Positions 1 to 12,085 of a DNA stretch of 64,000 nt are shown piece by piece. The translations under genes and the position numbers were made by a program. The notes below the pieces were generated by a model, which was given only the letters and a program-made list of their open reading frames with translations, had not been told where the DNA came from and did no database searches. Every line of letters starts with the position of its first letter. The stretch's first letter is position 1. Source of the stretch: Eledone cirrhosa (lineage: Eukaryota); contig OZ024743.1 in the NCBI GenBank assembly GCA_964016885.1, positions 49,290,001 through 49,354,000 on the forward strand, written 5' to 3'.

Positions 1-62
1 CAACAGTCAATACATGTTGCCACAGTTTACTTCAATGATTGACGGTTACGCTAGTATATTAA

Positions 63-269
63 TCCTTTAGCATTTAAACCGGCCATATCCGGCCAGAGTT
101 CTGTCATTTCTTTTTGTTCAAACTAGCCATAGCTGGCCACTTATAATACCAAGGATAAGGTATTGTTTTCAAAATAAATATCAAAATCTCATAGATTCGA
201 TATTATGTGGATAAAGTCTTTACCACCAAAATACAATAGTATATATAGAGTAATGTAAATGCTAAAGGG
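63..269. mobile_element. piggyBac-like MITE, family A (~207 bp)
   Basis: Ends are TTAA|TCCTTTAGCATTTA and TAAATGCTAAAGGG|TTAC, i.e. terminal inverted repeats with a TTAA-like target. An inverted homologous copy lies at 29743-29960. Confidence 0.75.
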
Positions 270-1384
270 TTACAGAGACAGCCAGGTGCAAGGTTTACTA
301 AGAGTTAGCAAGACTCAAAAACTTTAATACAACCCACACCTCTATTTATAGGTTTGATGGATGGATGCTGACTCTTTAATCCATCCACTTTTGTTGACAG
401 GTATTGTATTTTGTCCCGTTAGGGTGTCCATCCACCTTCCACATATCTTAGATTGACATAGCCAGTTTAATGGACACCAGCTTGACCATGAAACATGTAG
501 TAATGATTCGTATGATTAGCAATAACAGCAGATCATTTGATCTGACCTGACACATTAATATTGTCATGCTGAATAAGTAGTGATAAAAGATGTTAACAAC
601 AAAGTTTTTGCACCATTCTCTGTATGATTACCATGTATATGCTGCCATCTATTTGTAAATGTAACTGTATTCAGATGTAAGAAATTATCTGTCAGTATTA
701 GTAAGTTTAATTATTTAAAGATAATTATATTACTACAAGATAATCAGAAAATCAGTCATAAAATCTCTTTGGTAAAAGAGTTAGGGAGAGAGAAAAATCA
801 GAAATTTGATCCATAATCTATATTCATTAATACACAATGACCTATCATGTAGGTTATCTCAGAAAATAGTAGTTATTTCAGTTGTTACTCTGGAACTAGG
901 CCTGTTAATAACTTGGAAGAAGAGGAGGTTAATTGATTGGCATTGTACTCCATGCTGGTCATTGTCCTCGAGGTTGCTGATTCCCTTCATCAAATTAGGA
1001 TAAGGGCATTGTGCCTGAAAATATAGTTTCAGCATTTCCATTTAGTCAGATATTCTTTTCTGTCATAGATTGATAAATATTAGATTTATTGGTAGTTCAA
1101 TGTCGTAGGTTTAGTTCAGTGTAGCAGTTTTTTTTCTGTGAATGCAGTTCTACTGAAATTTCTCTATATATGACTGAGCTATGAGAGACAAAAAAATAAT
1201 TTCTAAAAGTAATCTAATACTTACATAAGTTAACAACACTCACTTCATAGAAGGAATATAGGAAATGTCATATATAGAAGTGTGACTTTCATAAAGGTAT
1301 TACCAGTGTGTTAGTGAAATACCTACAGCTAAGAATCAAAATAGAATTACTGATTTGGCTAGAAGCTTAGTTCTTAATCTATAC

Positions 1385-2108
1385 TGTTTGTGAGAATGAT
1401 CGACCATATACTGATGAAGGGAAGGAGTAGGCATGATTCTATGTCAATGTAAACTATGGGTCTACACAAGGTATAGTGGGATCATAAGCAGGCTAACAAA
1501 GAACAAAGACTTTGAATGTGACAAATGCACAGGAGTAGTTAACACAGCAGTAAAATATAATCTTTTCAATGCTTGGAAGGCTTCATAGAAGTAGCTGATA
1601 GCTTCTGTCACCTAGGTGACCTAATAAGCAGTGGAGGTGGGTGCTCTGAAAGCATATTAGTTAGGATAAGAAAAAGGTAGGATAAGTTTAAGGAGCTGTT
1701 ACCTCTGTTTGGTAACTGGAATTCTCTCCTCAAGCAAATGATAGGTTATATGGCACTTGTGTGCATAAGTATACTGTTGCATGGTAATATTGAATGCAGG
1801 GGATGTATGAAGAGCAGAAAGAAACAGTGAACAGCTCTGTTGGATGTGTAACATTTGTGTGTATGAATGCTGAAACAGAGAGAAAACGTTGATAGTATAG
1901 ACATACAATGTATATGGATGATGACATTTGGATGAAGAAGTGTCAGTGAAAGGAATCAAAGGAAGAGGAAGACCTGGGCATAACTGGTGAAAGCTGAACC
2001 TCATAACAGAGATGACGAAGGAATGTAACACGTGGTGTGATGCTGTGTTGGAGAAGACCCATCCAACCCAAGCAAGCTTGAAAAACCAGATGTAATAATG
2101 ATGATGAT
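1385..2108 (+). mobile_element. Degenerate RTE-clade LINE 3' fragment
   Basis: Frameshifted matches to the C-terminal part of the ORF at 33099-35141 (CKLWV..SGI, IEVADSFCHLGDLISSGGGCSES, GRGRP). Ends in a (GAT)n tail. Confidence 0.8.
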
Positions 2109-2250
2109 TAAAAAAAAATTGAGAAATGAAGCTTGTATAACTAACAAACCTATAGATGAGGTATTAACGATTCTTATCTACTCACTTGTAGTTTTGTCCA
2201 TTTTATATCTAATTCAAATAATTCTCATTTGGAATGTTGTTTGTTCACAG

Positions 2251-2298
2251 TTCCAACAGAATGTCAGGAGATTCAGGATCTCTTCAGAGAGAGAGAGG
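2251..2298 (+). CDS. Candidate internal exon of unidentified host gene (xPTECQEIQDLFRERE)
   Basis: TTGTTTGTTCACAG acceptor and G|GTGTGT donor. 48 nt, open in phase 1->1, non-repetitive peptide. Confidence 0.4.
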
Positions 2299-3209
2299 GT
2301 GTGTGTATGTGTGTGTGTTCTCCATTCATTAGCATTTGTTATTTAAATAAATAGAAAAGGTTAACATAACAGAAACTTGTGGCATTTAAAGTTTCTTCAC
2401 TAGAAAACCATTTTCTTTGGTCCTGGTATTTACCAACAAACCATACAGCATTCAGAAGAACATTAAAAGATTATCACTTATTTCAACTATAGTAATGATA
2501 GTTTTATCTCACTTTGTCTATATAACAACAGAATTTATTTCCAGTAGTGTTGATATACCGGTTTGTGCCTATATAACAACAGTAACAACAAAAAAAGAAA
2601 CATTTTTCTAATCAATAATAATGAAATAATAGTTTGATATAAATATTGAACTGATATTTGTATATACACTTTCTGCCTGGTATTTAGCTTAGTAGTATGT
2701 TGTGTATGTGTGTAAGGTTGTCATGCTCTCCAACATGCTGAATCCCAGGCATATGCTACCTCATGGGCCTAGCAGACAGTATAGATAGTGTTACCTTAAA
2801 CGATAGCAAGGGAGATGCGTTGAAATAGCTATTCCAACTTTCAGGGCTCACTCCTGTGGGTGGTCAACTTCTTCCTGATAGCAGTGTTTAGGGAGGTGGT
2901 TTGGGGATTCAAAACATCAGAAGTCTCCACTGCTATAGGTTCTATGACAAACCTATCAGAAAGTGGCTGATACTTGAGAATATACCAGGTTGCTACTGGA
3001 GAAAGTGTTGCAGCCTACAAGTAAAAATGTACTCATTAAATATACATCCTCACCCCCCCCCCCCCTTCTGTTTGTCCCTATCTGACTTTCACTTCTTCCC
3101 AGCCTCTCTTTTCCACACTACACACCACTACACTAAGTGTGTGTGTGCACGTGCGCCTGAAATTTAATGTCCATTTTCCATGCTAGCAAAGGTTGGATAT
3201 ATAAATTTA

Positions 3210-3620
3210 TATAATTTGATGAAATGATAAAAGCTGACCTTGCACAATTAAATGTTTCAAAGGTGATGACACATGACCGAGACCTGGAGATATGCTGTAT
3301 TACAGAAAACCCACCTTCCAATATACACAGGATGAAGCAATCATTTAGAGTTTGCTCTGTAGAAGGTTATACTGGTACCTAGAAGAAAAAGCACCCAATC
3401 CTCCCTGTTAGATGGTCGTTTTGGTGCTACAATAAAAAAAAAAGCACCCACCCTACACTGTAATGTGGTTGGTATTAGGAAGGGCATCCAGCCATAGAAA
3501 CCAAGCCCCAAACAGTTCTGTATGAGCAAGACATGGTCACCTGACTTGACTTGTCTCATAATGTGACGTGTCTAACCGATGCAAGTGTGGAAAATAGACA
3601 CCAAACAGTGATGATGATGA
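3210..3620 (+). mobile_element. RTE LINE short 3' fragment / 3' UTR
   Basis: KADLAQLNVSKVMTHDRDLxRY-like ORF end, the GGTTGGTATTAGGAAGGGCATCCAGCC motif, and a (GAT)n tail followed by TATATA. Confidence 0.8.
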
Positions 3621-3713
3621 TATATACTGTATATAAATAATTTTGAAAATTATCAAGAATTTTGAGTGATTTAGTAATATGACAAAAGCACCCCAGTTGT
3701 GATTATCTAGTCT

Positions 3714-3900
3714 GGTGGATTGGCAGTATCGGTAGAGGGTCGGATGCCATGCTTTGCAGCATAGAGTTACGTCCCTTTACAGTCAGAGTTCAAATCCTGC
3801 CAAGGTTAACTTTACCTTTCATCCTTATGGGGGTCGATAAAAATAAAGTACCAGTAATGTACTGGAATAATTGCTGGCCTTGTGCCAAATGTAGAAACAA
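3714..3900 (+). mobile_element. tRNA-derived SINE, family 1 (Deu/Nin-like central domain)
   Basis: A-box-like TGGCAGTATCGG, B-box GAGTTCAAATCC and core TTTACCTTTCATCCTTATGGGGGTCGATAAAAATAAAGTACCAG. Flanked by an imperfect TSD ATTAT(C/G)TAGT(C/G)TGGT. Confidence 0.85.
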
Positions 3901-4264
3901 TTATGTAGTGTGGTCTGGAGATCTAAGAGAGATAGGATGACAAATGTGTGTCTCAGAGAAGAATAGTCTATATGGCTTGAATGTAGGATAAAGGTTTGAC
4001 TGAAGTAGAAGAGTGTTGTAGAAGAATTGTTTGTTAGATGGCTTTGTAAGATACATAAAATGTTGTGTCTAGGTGAAGGTCTGAAGATTGAGAGTAAATG
4101 AGGATTAGTCACTATTAAAATTGTCTTTTTCATTAATACAGTCTTAAAGGTCTACTAGTTGTTAACAGTAACACAAATTGTAAAGTAGGAGAGGTATCCA
4201 GGTTTTTGAACTCACTGGAATTAATGCATAAGACAATGTATTAGATGTCTTCAACTACAATATA

Positions 4265-4450
4265 ATTGTTTCTACTTTTGGCACAAGGCCAGCAATTACC
4301 CAGTGCATTACTGGTACTTTAATTTTATCGAACCCGTAAGGATGAAAGGTAAAGTTAACCTCGGCAGGATTTGAACTCAGAATGGCAAGGGCCGTAACTC
4401 TGCGTCAAAGCATGGTGTCCGACCCTCTACCAATACTGCCAATCCACCGA
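4265..4450 (-). mobile_element. tRNA-derived SINE, family 1
   Basis: Reverse complement of the 3714-3900 element. A partial second copy follows at about 4480-4600. Confidence 0.85.
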
Positions 4451-5214
4451 CCCTATACCCCCTTCAACAACAATATAATGGTTTCTGATTTTATGCACAA
4501 GGCCAACAATTATGGGGGAGGAGAAGTAATTTAAAGCAACCCCAGTGCATTACTGCTATATTATTTTATCTACCTTGTAAGGATGAAAGGCAAAGCTAAC
4601 CTTTTGTAGTTTTCAGAGGTAATATAGCTCCCTGAACTTTTTCCATCCTGTTCTCACTCTGGCTACTGTACTATCACCACACCCACCTCCATTGTGAATT
4701 TGGTCACCCAGGTAACAGAAACTATCAACTACTTCTATGGAGCCCTCTGGGCATTTAAAAGGGCTTGTAAATAAATTATTTTAAATAGATTTTAAATTTT
4801 AGCTTTAAACGTGTGTTGGTTCAGTAGATATTGTCTCATTGGTAATGAATATGTGAATATGAGAAGGTTATATTTTCAACCATCAACTCAATGTCTCAAC
4901 TACTGAAATAAATATTTTTCTGTGCATTTTATTATGTAAGTATGATATTTTGACTTAGGTGCAGACAGAAAATTGACCATACTCCTCACATATATTATCA
5001 TCATTTAATGTCCATTTGTTCATGCTGGCATGAGTTGGACAGTAATACATATTACCATGTGTATCTTGTATACAGTGTATCCCTGTGTGTCATAAGAAGC
5101 AACTAGAAGGGCATCCGTCAGTAAAACATTGCCTCGAACAGTCCTGTTCAATGCATGCCAGCATTGAAAAGTTGATGTTAAAATGATGATGATGATATTT
5201 AAAATGAATTTTCT

Positions 5215-6205
5215 TCCTCAAAATGAAAGTCAGCTTGTATGACACTTACGTACAAACAAGTGTTGCATCCAAGTGAGACCTGGGCACTGTGTACAGAGGA
5301 CATATGAAGATTGGAAAGAAATGAAGTTTGCATGCTTCGATGGATGTGTAATAGTATTGTGCATGAATGGCGGAGCCTCAATGAACTGGGAGAGAAACTA
5401 GGCATAAGAGGGGTCCGATGCAGTGTGTAGGAGAGGAGATTGCAGTGGTATGGACATGTGATGTGTATGAAGGATGACAGTTGTATAAAAAGGTGCAGGG
5501 CACTCAAAGTTGATGGAAACTATGGAAGAGGAAGACCTAGGAAAGTTTGTGATGAAGTGATAGCAGCTGACCCGGCACAATTAAACCTCCCAAAGGAGAT
5601 GACACAAGGTCAAGATCTCTGGTGTTATGCTGTGCTGCAGAAGACCTGCCTTCCTTTGTGCACAGAATGAAACAAGCATGTAGAGGACTCTCATCTGCAC
5701 CAATGTTCTCTTCATCCCCTCCCCAGTCATAATACCCCACCCTCACCAGATAAATATCTCCATATTGAACTTGTTTACTTGCCCCACCCCTCAAAACTGC
5801 CAAACCCACTCATACAAGCATGAAAGCTAGACATGCGTTACATCTAATCTCCCATAATGCCATTGCCATGACAAAAAGCATGAAGTTTATCCTGTATGCT
5901 GATATGGTGTCACAACAACAAAAGCACCATGGCCATTCTATAAGGTGGTCGCGCTGGTGACACGACAAAAAAGCACTCAGTCCACTCTGTTAAATGGTCC
6001 TTTTGATGTCATGATAAAATCACCCAGTCTACATTGTAACATGGTTGGCATTAGGAAGGGCATCCAGCCATAGAAACCAAGTCAAAATATAGATCTATAT
6101 GAACAAGATGTAGGTGACCTGACCTGACTTGTCTCATAATGTGACAATCTGTCTAACCTATGCAAACATGGAAAAATAGACATTAAATGATGATGGCGAT
6201 GATGA
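5215..6205 (+). mobile_element. Degenerate RTE LINE 3' fragment with 3' UTR
   Basis: LHPSETWALCTEDI*RLERNE...WYGHVMCMKDDSCIKRCRALKVDGNYGRGRPRK is homologous to the 33099-35141 ORF. Ends in a (GAT)n tail. Confidence 0.85.
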
Positions 6206-6326
6206 CTTAAAAATCTATGAAGATTAACAACACAAAAAGACACCTAAAAACTAAATTAAAACACATCGAGATATTAAAATTACAGATTAAGAACAATTGC
6301 TTTCAAGAAATTAATTTTTTGTTTAG

Positions 6327-6363
6327 AATTGCAAGAAGCAGTACAAGATTTAACTGAAGCTGT
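6327..6363 (+). CDS. Candidate short exon (xLQEAVQDLTEAV)
   Basis: TTTTTTGTTTAG acceptor and GT|GTAATT donor (alternative GTGTAA after 6361). Only one frame is open, and it continues exon 2251-2298 as ..FRERE-E-LQEAVQDLTEA. Confidence 0.35.
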
Positions 6364-6726
6364 GTAATTATCATCATCATCATAATCATCATCAACACCA
6401 CCAACACCATCATCATCATCATCACCATTACCATCATAATTATAACCATTGTCATCATTATCATCACCATCACGTGTAAATAAACATGCTGACTTGTGTA
6501 AATATGTCTTTTTTTAAATGTATTTCTCTATAGACTTGAAGAGTGAATGACCTGTCAAATCAGAGAAAATATGCTTGCATGTGTCTGTGTATATTTATGC
6601 AGCTTCAGTTAAATTTGTAACAATTTTGGTAGGCATCTTTGTTGTTTAGCCCTTGATTGAGTAAACCTGTAATCAAAGGAATTTCAAAGTGACCATCTAA
6701 TCTTTTCCCTACGTGCAGGGAACATA

Positions 6727-6924
6727 TGAGAGTTGGCTGAAAAGTTTTTAGACTGACTAAGATACTCTCATGGAATGACCAAACAAGATTTATTTTTCAA
6801 TATAGTTCCTGGAAAGAAACAGTGCAGTTATTAATAAGAAAAGTTGAAATTAATGCATGCAAGATTTCACAGCTCTAATATCACTCTTTCATAGTCAGCC
6901 TATTAATTTTTCAGCTAACCCTTG
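6727..6924. mobile_element. Tc1/mariner-like MITE nested in a SINE-like repeat (~6637-7020)
   Basis: TA|TGAGAGTTGGCTGAAAAGTTTTTAGACTGAC ... GTCAGCCTATTAATTTTTCAGCTAACCCTTG|TA gives ~30-bp imperfect TIRs with a TA TSD. Confidence 0.7.
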
Positions 6925-7429
6925 TAAGCCCATATTGTAATATGTCCTTGGATGTGATTTGAGGGAGATTTAGTTATTGTATCTAGCAACTTGACTAACC
7001 AGATAAAAGCTCTTTAGTTGGCATTAGAAATTGTTGGGCTTGATATAATTAACTGGTGCACACACATACTCTAAATTGTAAAGTATGTTTGTGTGTGTAT
7101 TGTAGAGATGAGGTGATGAGTGGTGGCTATCATCACACAGATATTTAAGTGAAATGGTAGATACATCACTGATGTCTACAGCTGGGCCAAATCATGCAAC
7201 ACACACACACATGGCTCATTGATTTAACCAAGAAAATCCTTCAGTTTCCACATTCTTTTGAACACACACACACAAACACTCATATACATATATACACACA
7301 CTGTTTTTCTCATTTTCATTCTAACTGTTTCTATTTATTTAATCATACATCATCATATCATTATCCTTCACACTCACTGTCACATCTGTTTGCCTTCCTT
7401 ATCACCGTAAATATATATATATATATATA

Positions 7430-7865
7430 TCATCATCATTGTTTAACATCCACTGGGCACTTTTTGTCATGTCACCAAGTTTAGGCTGGGTGCTTTTTGT
7501 TGTGTCACCAAGGTTGGACTATGTTCTTTTTGTCATGTCACCATCACAACCACTTTACAAGATGGACTGTATGCTTTTGTTGTGTCATCAACATGACCAC
7601 CTTACAGGGCAGTCTGGGGGCTCTTTGTTTTGTCACCAGCATGACTACTTCACAGGACAGATCGAGTGCCTTCAGTCATGCCACCAACATGACCACCTTA
7701 CAGGGTGGATTGGCTTATTTTTGCATAACTAGCAGGGAGGTCTCGGTGCTTTTTGTCATATTACCTTACAGGGAGGACAAGGTGCCCTTTTGTCATGCCA
7801 CCAACATGAGCTACTTACATGGGGGACTAGGGGCTTTTGTTTTGTCACCAGTATGACCACCTTAC
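7430..7865 (-). mobile_element. RTE-type 3' UTR fragment with degenerate internal ~48-bp tandem repeats
   Basis: (CAT)n tail abutting (TA)n, then about 8 units resembling TTTTGTCATGCCACCAACATGACCACCTTACAGGG. Confidence 0.65.
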
Positions 7866-8380
7866 ACACACACAATGCACATATATATAGTGGTAAAAAG
7901 TTTGCTTTGCAATCATGAGGTACTGGTTTTGGTCACACAGCCTAATATCTTAGGCATATGTCTTTTACCATAGCCTCAGAACTACCCAAGCTATTTGAGT
8001 AAAGTTGTGCCACACAATGGGATTGTTCCCAAAACTATATGGTTGCAAAGTGAACTCTTTAACCACGCAGCTATGCCTGTGCTTTTATATATATAGTACT
8101 GACATGGTTAGTGATGACTTGTTTAAAACATGCTAGCAAGGAAAATGGATGTTAGATGATGATTATATATATATGTGTATGTGTATGTATGTGTGTGTGA
8201 GTGTTTTATGTAATGCTCTTTTTAATTAGAGCAGCAGCAGTGATTAAAGGAAGCTACAGGAGGAAATCCTCAATGCTGATCTAACATATTTGGAATTCAC
8301 ATACCTTATCATTAATTCTCTTTCAAAATTATAGATTTTTTAAATAAACTAACCTTAGTTTGATTCTCATTTGAAAACAG

Positions 8381-8421
8381 TACAAGAAGGGCTGAATATG
8401 TTTTTACCAGAAGATGTGAAC
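8381..8421 (+). CDS. Candidate short exon (xQEGLNMFLPEDVN)
   Basis: CTAAC upstream, AAACAG acceptor and weak AAC|GTATTT donor. Phase 1->0 would bridge 2251-2298 to 9670-9740. Splice signals are weak. Confidence 0.25.
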
Positions 8422-9669
8422 GTATTTTGATTGATGTTGTTAACTTCTATAGTAATATATGCAGCTACAAATATATTTACTGTGGATTACTTCAGAGCTG
8501 CACCTCTTTTCTCCTCGTACTGAAATGTAGTGGTCCAAAATATCAAAATTGATTATAAAAGTTTTTGCATTTTGGTGCAACAAATATGCCTATAACTATC
8601 CTAAATCTTGATGTTGCATCACATTTAGATAATAAGTAGCCAAATGAAAAGGGGATATTTTGATTTGAAGTTTAAAAATTGAAATTCTCTGCATATGATA
8701 TTTATAAATTTAGTTTATGATAGTGGAATAAATGGAGAGAATAACTATGTTGACCAGATCATTGCAGGCATTTTGTTTATCTACCTAGCTGCTGGGGTTA
8801 TGATAAGAGAAGTACTTTACTAAGCCTCATTGTGAATAGTTAAACACAGCATTTATCAAAATCAGTTATCAAGACAGAAGTGGTATGGTATGTATTAATC
8901 TGGAAACTTTTATATCAAACTAAATTATCTATTTTACTATATAATGTACTATAAGCAAAAAGGAATCCTTGCTTTCTTTTAACTTAAAATTACTATAATT
9001 GTTTTCAGTTTCAGGTTTTAATTCTTGAAAAATGTTCAGGTATTGCTGTGTGGTTAAACTGCCATGCAGTATCTGGGCAAGTGACATCTACTAAACCTTG
9101 GGCCATCAAATGTTTTGTAATTGAATGTGGTACTTGAAAACTGTAAGGAAACTCATCACATTATTTATTTTATTATATATATATATCATCATCATCATCA
9201 TTTTACGTCCGCTTTTCCTTGCTTGCAAGGGTGGGACGGGTCCTATTCAGCACAGCGGGGCCAAGAAAGGCATCTGCCCATAGGATACTATGCATAAAAA
9301 TTGTTTTGTCCAACTCTTGAAAAAGTGAACATAAAATAACAATGATGCTTATGCTCAAGATTTGATTTAGCAGGGAGAATACATTAGATGATGATGATGA
9401 ATGCAAAGAGCCATAACAAATATTGCAAAGCATCTCATCCAATGTTCTAACAATTCTACCCTCACATTACTCTAGACTGGTTCTTGATTTAGTTGGTCCT
9501 GCAAGGTAGAAAGGCACAATTGACCTTGGTGGGATTTGAACACAAGAGAATTGGAATAAATACTGCAAAATATTTAATTTTATGCTCTAATAACTTTGCC
9601 AATTCACTGTTGGTTAAATTTCTGATTGGAACATAATTTGTTTTATTATTTGGTTATTTGATTTTTCAG

Positions 9670-9740
9670 TTTTGCTGCAGTGGAAGATATAGATTATTGT
9701 ATCTAGCTCTTGGCAACGCCAATCTACCTTTTCCACTTTA
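9670..9740 (+). CDS. Candidate internal exon (FCCSGRYRLLYLALGNANLPFPL)
   Basis: T-rich tract ending ATTTTTCAG and a TA|GTTAGT donor. Phase 0->2 joins 11252 in frame, forming TA+T = Tyr. The other two frames are closed. Confidence 0.5.
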
Positions 9741-9830
9741 GTTAGTTCATTATTTCACCTAACTATTATAGAGAATATTATCTTATTTGTTATGTTCTTT
9801 TATTATTTCACCTAATATAGTTTGGTTTAA

Positions 9831-10288
9831 CCCTTTTATTAATGTATTTCTAATTAAAAAACATTGCCTATAATTTTAAAATAATTGTAAAACTACTCAA
9901 GAATTTATTTAACTGGTGTTTGGAACATAACCTAATAAAGGTCCTTGCATAGAATTATGATGGGAATATATCAAGAGATGTCAACATGAATGGACCTGTT
10001 ATTTTTTTTTATCTAAAGACATTTTTTCCAATTCCAACCTGCCCGTCCCCTCAATCTATCTTATTTCTTATTCTTTCTTCAGATGAAGGACTAGCGTCCG
10101 AAACGCTAAGACCCTCTTCCTGCTATATCAAAGGTTAACCTAATATATCCCTTCCATATACTGTACCGATTGTGTTGTTATTTCTGTTTACCTTTTACAT
10201 ACATACATATATATATATAACACTTTAAAACAAAGTATTGTATTGTAGAACCAAGGGTGGTTTTAGGTAGTTTGGTATAAAAAAAGGG
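9831..10288. mobile_element. piggyBac-like MITE, family B, carrying an internal insertion
   Basis: TTAA|CCCTTTT ... GGTAGTTTGGTATAAAAAAAGGG|TTAA. It is the reverse-complement homologue of 28245-28447, with about 250 bp of extra internal sequence. Confidence 0.65.
10071..10112 (+). ncRNA. Degenerate minimal hammerhead-ribozyme-like motif (Penelope-like element relic)
   Basis: CAGATGA-A-GGAC(TAGC)GTCC-GAAA-CGCTAAGA has a perfect stem II and GAAA, with one mismatch to the CUGANGA core. Confidence 0.45.
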
Positions 10289-10814
10289 TTAATAGTAAAT
10301 ACTACTTCATTTATATTCTTTTGTTATTTGACCTAAATGCAGTCAGGTTGGTTTTCAGAATTGTTAGTGTTAGAATGCATTACAGCATTTGTTCTGACTC
10401 CTTGTTTTGCGTTCAAACCCCACTTAGGTCAATTAAAGAACGTACCAGTCAAGTTTGATGTAATTGATTTCACTCTTCTGTCCAATTGTTGGCCTTTGTG
10501 CCTAAATAAGAAACCATTTTTTGACCTCAGGTTAATGGATTGGCAAAATCGTTAGAGAACTGGGCTAAATGCACTGCAGCATTTCTTCTGACTCTATATT
10601 TTGAGTTTAAATCCTGCTTAGGTCAACTTTACCTATCATCTTTCTGGGATCAATAAAGTAAAATGCCAATAAAGTGCTATGATTGATTTAATTGACTTTA
10701 CCCTCACCCCAAATTGTTGGCTTTGTGATTAAATTAGAAAACAATGTTTGACCTAATAAAGTCTATTTGACTTAACATAAAAATATTTCATTTACTGTAT
10801 GTATTCTTTCAATA

Positions 10815-10875
10815 ATATTCTCTGTTAAGTCAAATAGTCTATCTAATATAGACTATTTGACTTAACAGAGAATAT
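10815..10875. repeat. Perfect 28-bp inverted repeat with 5-nt loop
   Basis: ATATTCTCTGTTAAGTCAAATAGTCTAT-CTAAT-ATAGACTATTTGACTTAACAGAGAATAT. Confidence 0.95.
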
Positions 10876-11251
10876 CATTTTATTTGGTAGGTTCAATAAT
10901 ATTAAAAGGTCACAGTTGATTGCATTCTCCTCGTTGAAAAAAATAAAGAAATAGAAAAACAAAATAGGAAACAAACCAAAGATTCTTTATAATAAAAGTT
11001 CTCTCTCTAGTAAAATGTTTGTGTTGAGAACATTGCAATTATGTTGTTTGTTATAGCGTGGATTTTCTGCAAGTAGTTGAAGCTCACTGCTGTTGGCAAT
11101 GGCATTTCTACATGAAAAGTTCATCAGGTTTTTAGTAGATTCTCTTATGTATTTTAATGATTTGAAGACAAAGCTCAGCAAAAGACATATGAACTATCTC
11201 TTTTTAATATTCAATCAACCAAAACATAAAAAAATGTTTTTTACTGTTTAG

Positions 11252-11392
11252 TCAGAGAAAGAAGAATAGGGCTGATGACTGGTTTGTAGGGCCTCTGAGA
11301 CTGGTTAAGGAGGAAGAGTGGGTGGTGATGGAAGGTATCACCAAACCAGATACATGCTCAGAACAATTACAACAAAGTAGACTCTGCGAAAG
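11252..11392 (+). CDS. Candidate internal exon (QRKKNRADDWFVGPLRLVKEEEWVVMEGITKPDTCSEQLQQSRLCER)
   Basis: TTTTTTACTGTTTAG acceptor and AAG|GTTAGT donor. 141 nt, open in phase 2->2, purine-rich exon-like composition in an AT-rich context. Protein not recognised. Confidence 0.7.
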
Positions 11393-11463
11393 GTTAGTGT
11401 TAGTAGAGTAACAGTTGTATATCTGGTTATTATAGTGAAGTGACAAATGTACATGTGGTTAGT

Positions 11464-11535
11464 GTTAGTGTAGTGACAGTAGTACATGCTAGTGGAGTGA
11501 CAGTAGTACATGTTAGTGTAGTGACAGTAGTACAT
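11464..11535. repeat. 24-bp tandem repeat x3 (degenerate copies back to 11393)
   Basis: Unit GTTAGTGTAGTGACAGTAGTACAT. Confidence 0.85.
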
Positions 11536-11809
11536 TTGGTGTATCTATGGTTAGTTCTGTCATCCACCTAAATATTGATTTTTAATTTAGGTACAAGGTG
11601 AAGGACAAAGTTGATTAAATCAACCCTAGTTCTTGACTATTACTTTATTTTATCAACCCTAGTAAGATGAATGGCAAAATTGACTTTGGTGGGATTTGAA
11701 CTCAGAATGTAAAGAGCTAGAACAAATACAGCAATGACATTTTATCTGATGCTCTACCAATTCTGCCAATCCACCACATTTCATTTAAAGTCTAAGTCTA
11801 AAATCTGCC

Positions 11810-12085
11810 TGGAGCTAGAAGGCTCATTAGGCCAGTGCTTATCCCAGTTCCGTGGTATGAAGTGACTGAGAGTACAAGACTATCCCCCTGGATGGGACAC
11901 CAGTCCATTGCAGGGTTAAACCCCCAGCTATTGCTGATACTCATTTTCAGTGTGTATACTGGAACAACATGAAATGAAGCGTTTTGTTCAAGAATATAAC
12001 ATGTAACCAACCCAGCGCAGGAATAAACCCCACAACATCATGATTGTAAACCCAACACTCTTACCATTAGGTCATGTGCCTCCAC
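11810..12085 (-). mobile_element. tRNA-derived SINE with CORE/V-domain-like segments
   Basis: Minus strand reads GAGGCACATGACCTAATGGTAAGAGTG (tRNA-like head) ... CCTGCAATGGACTGGTGTCCCATCCAGGGGG. A related partial copy lies at ~58080-58218. Confidence 0.65.

Noticed and set aside
3714-3800. tRNA genes at GTTCAAATCC motifs
   Set aside because: They are SINE heads with no complete cloverleaf, always followed by the SINE core.
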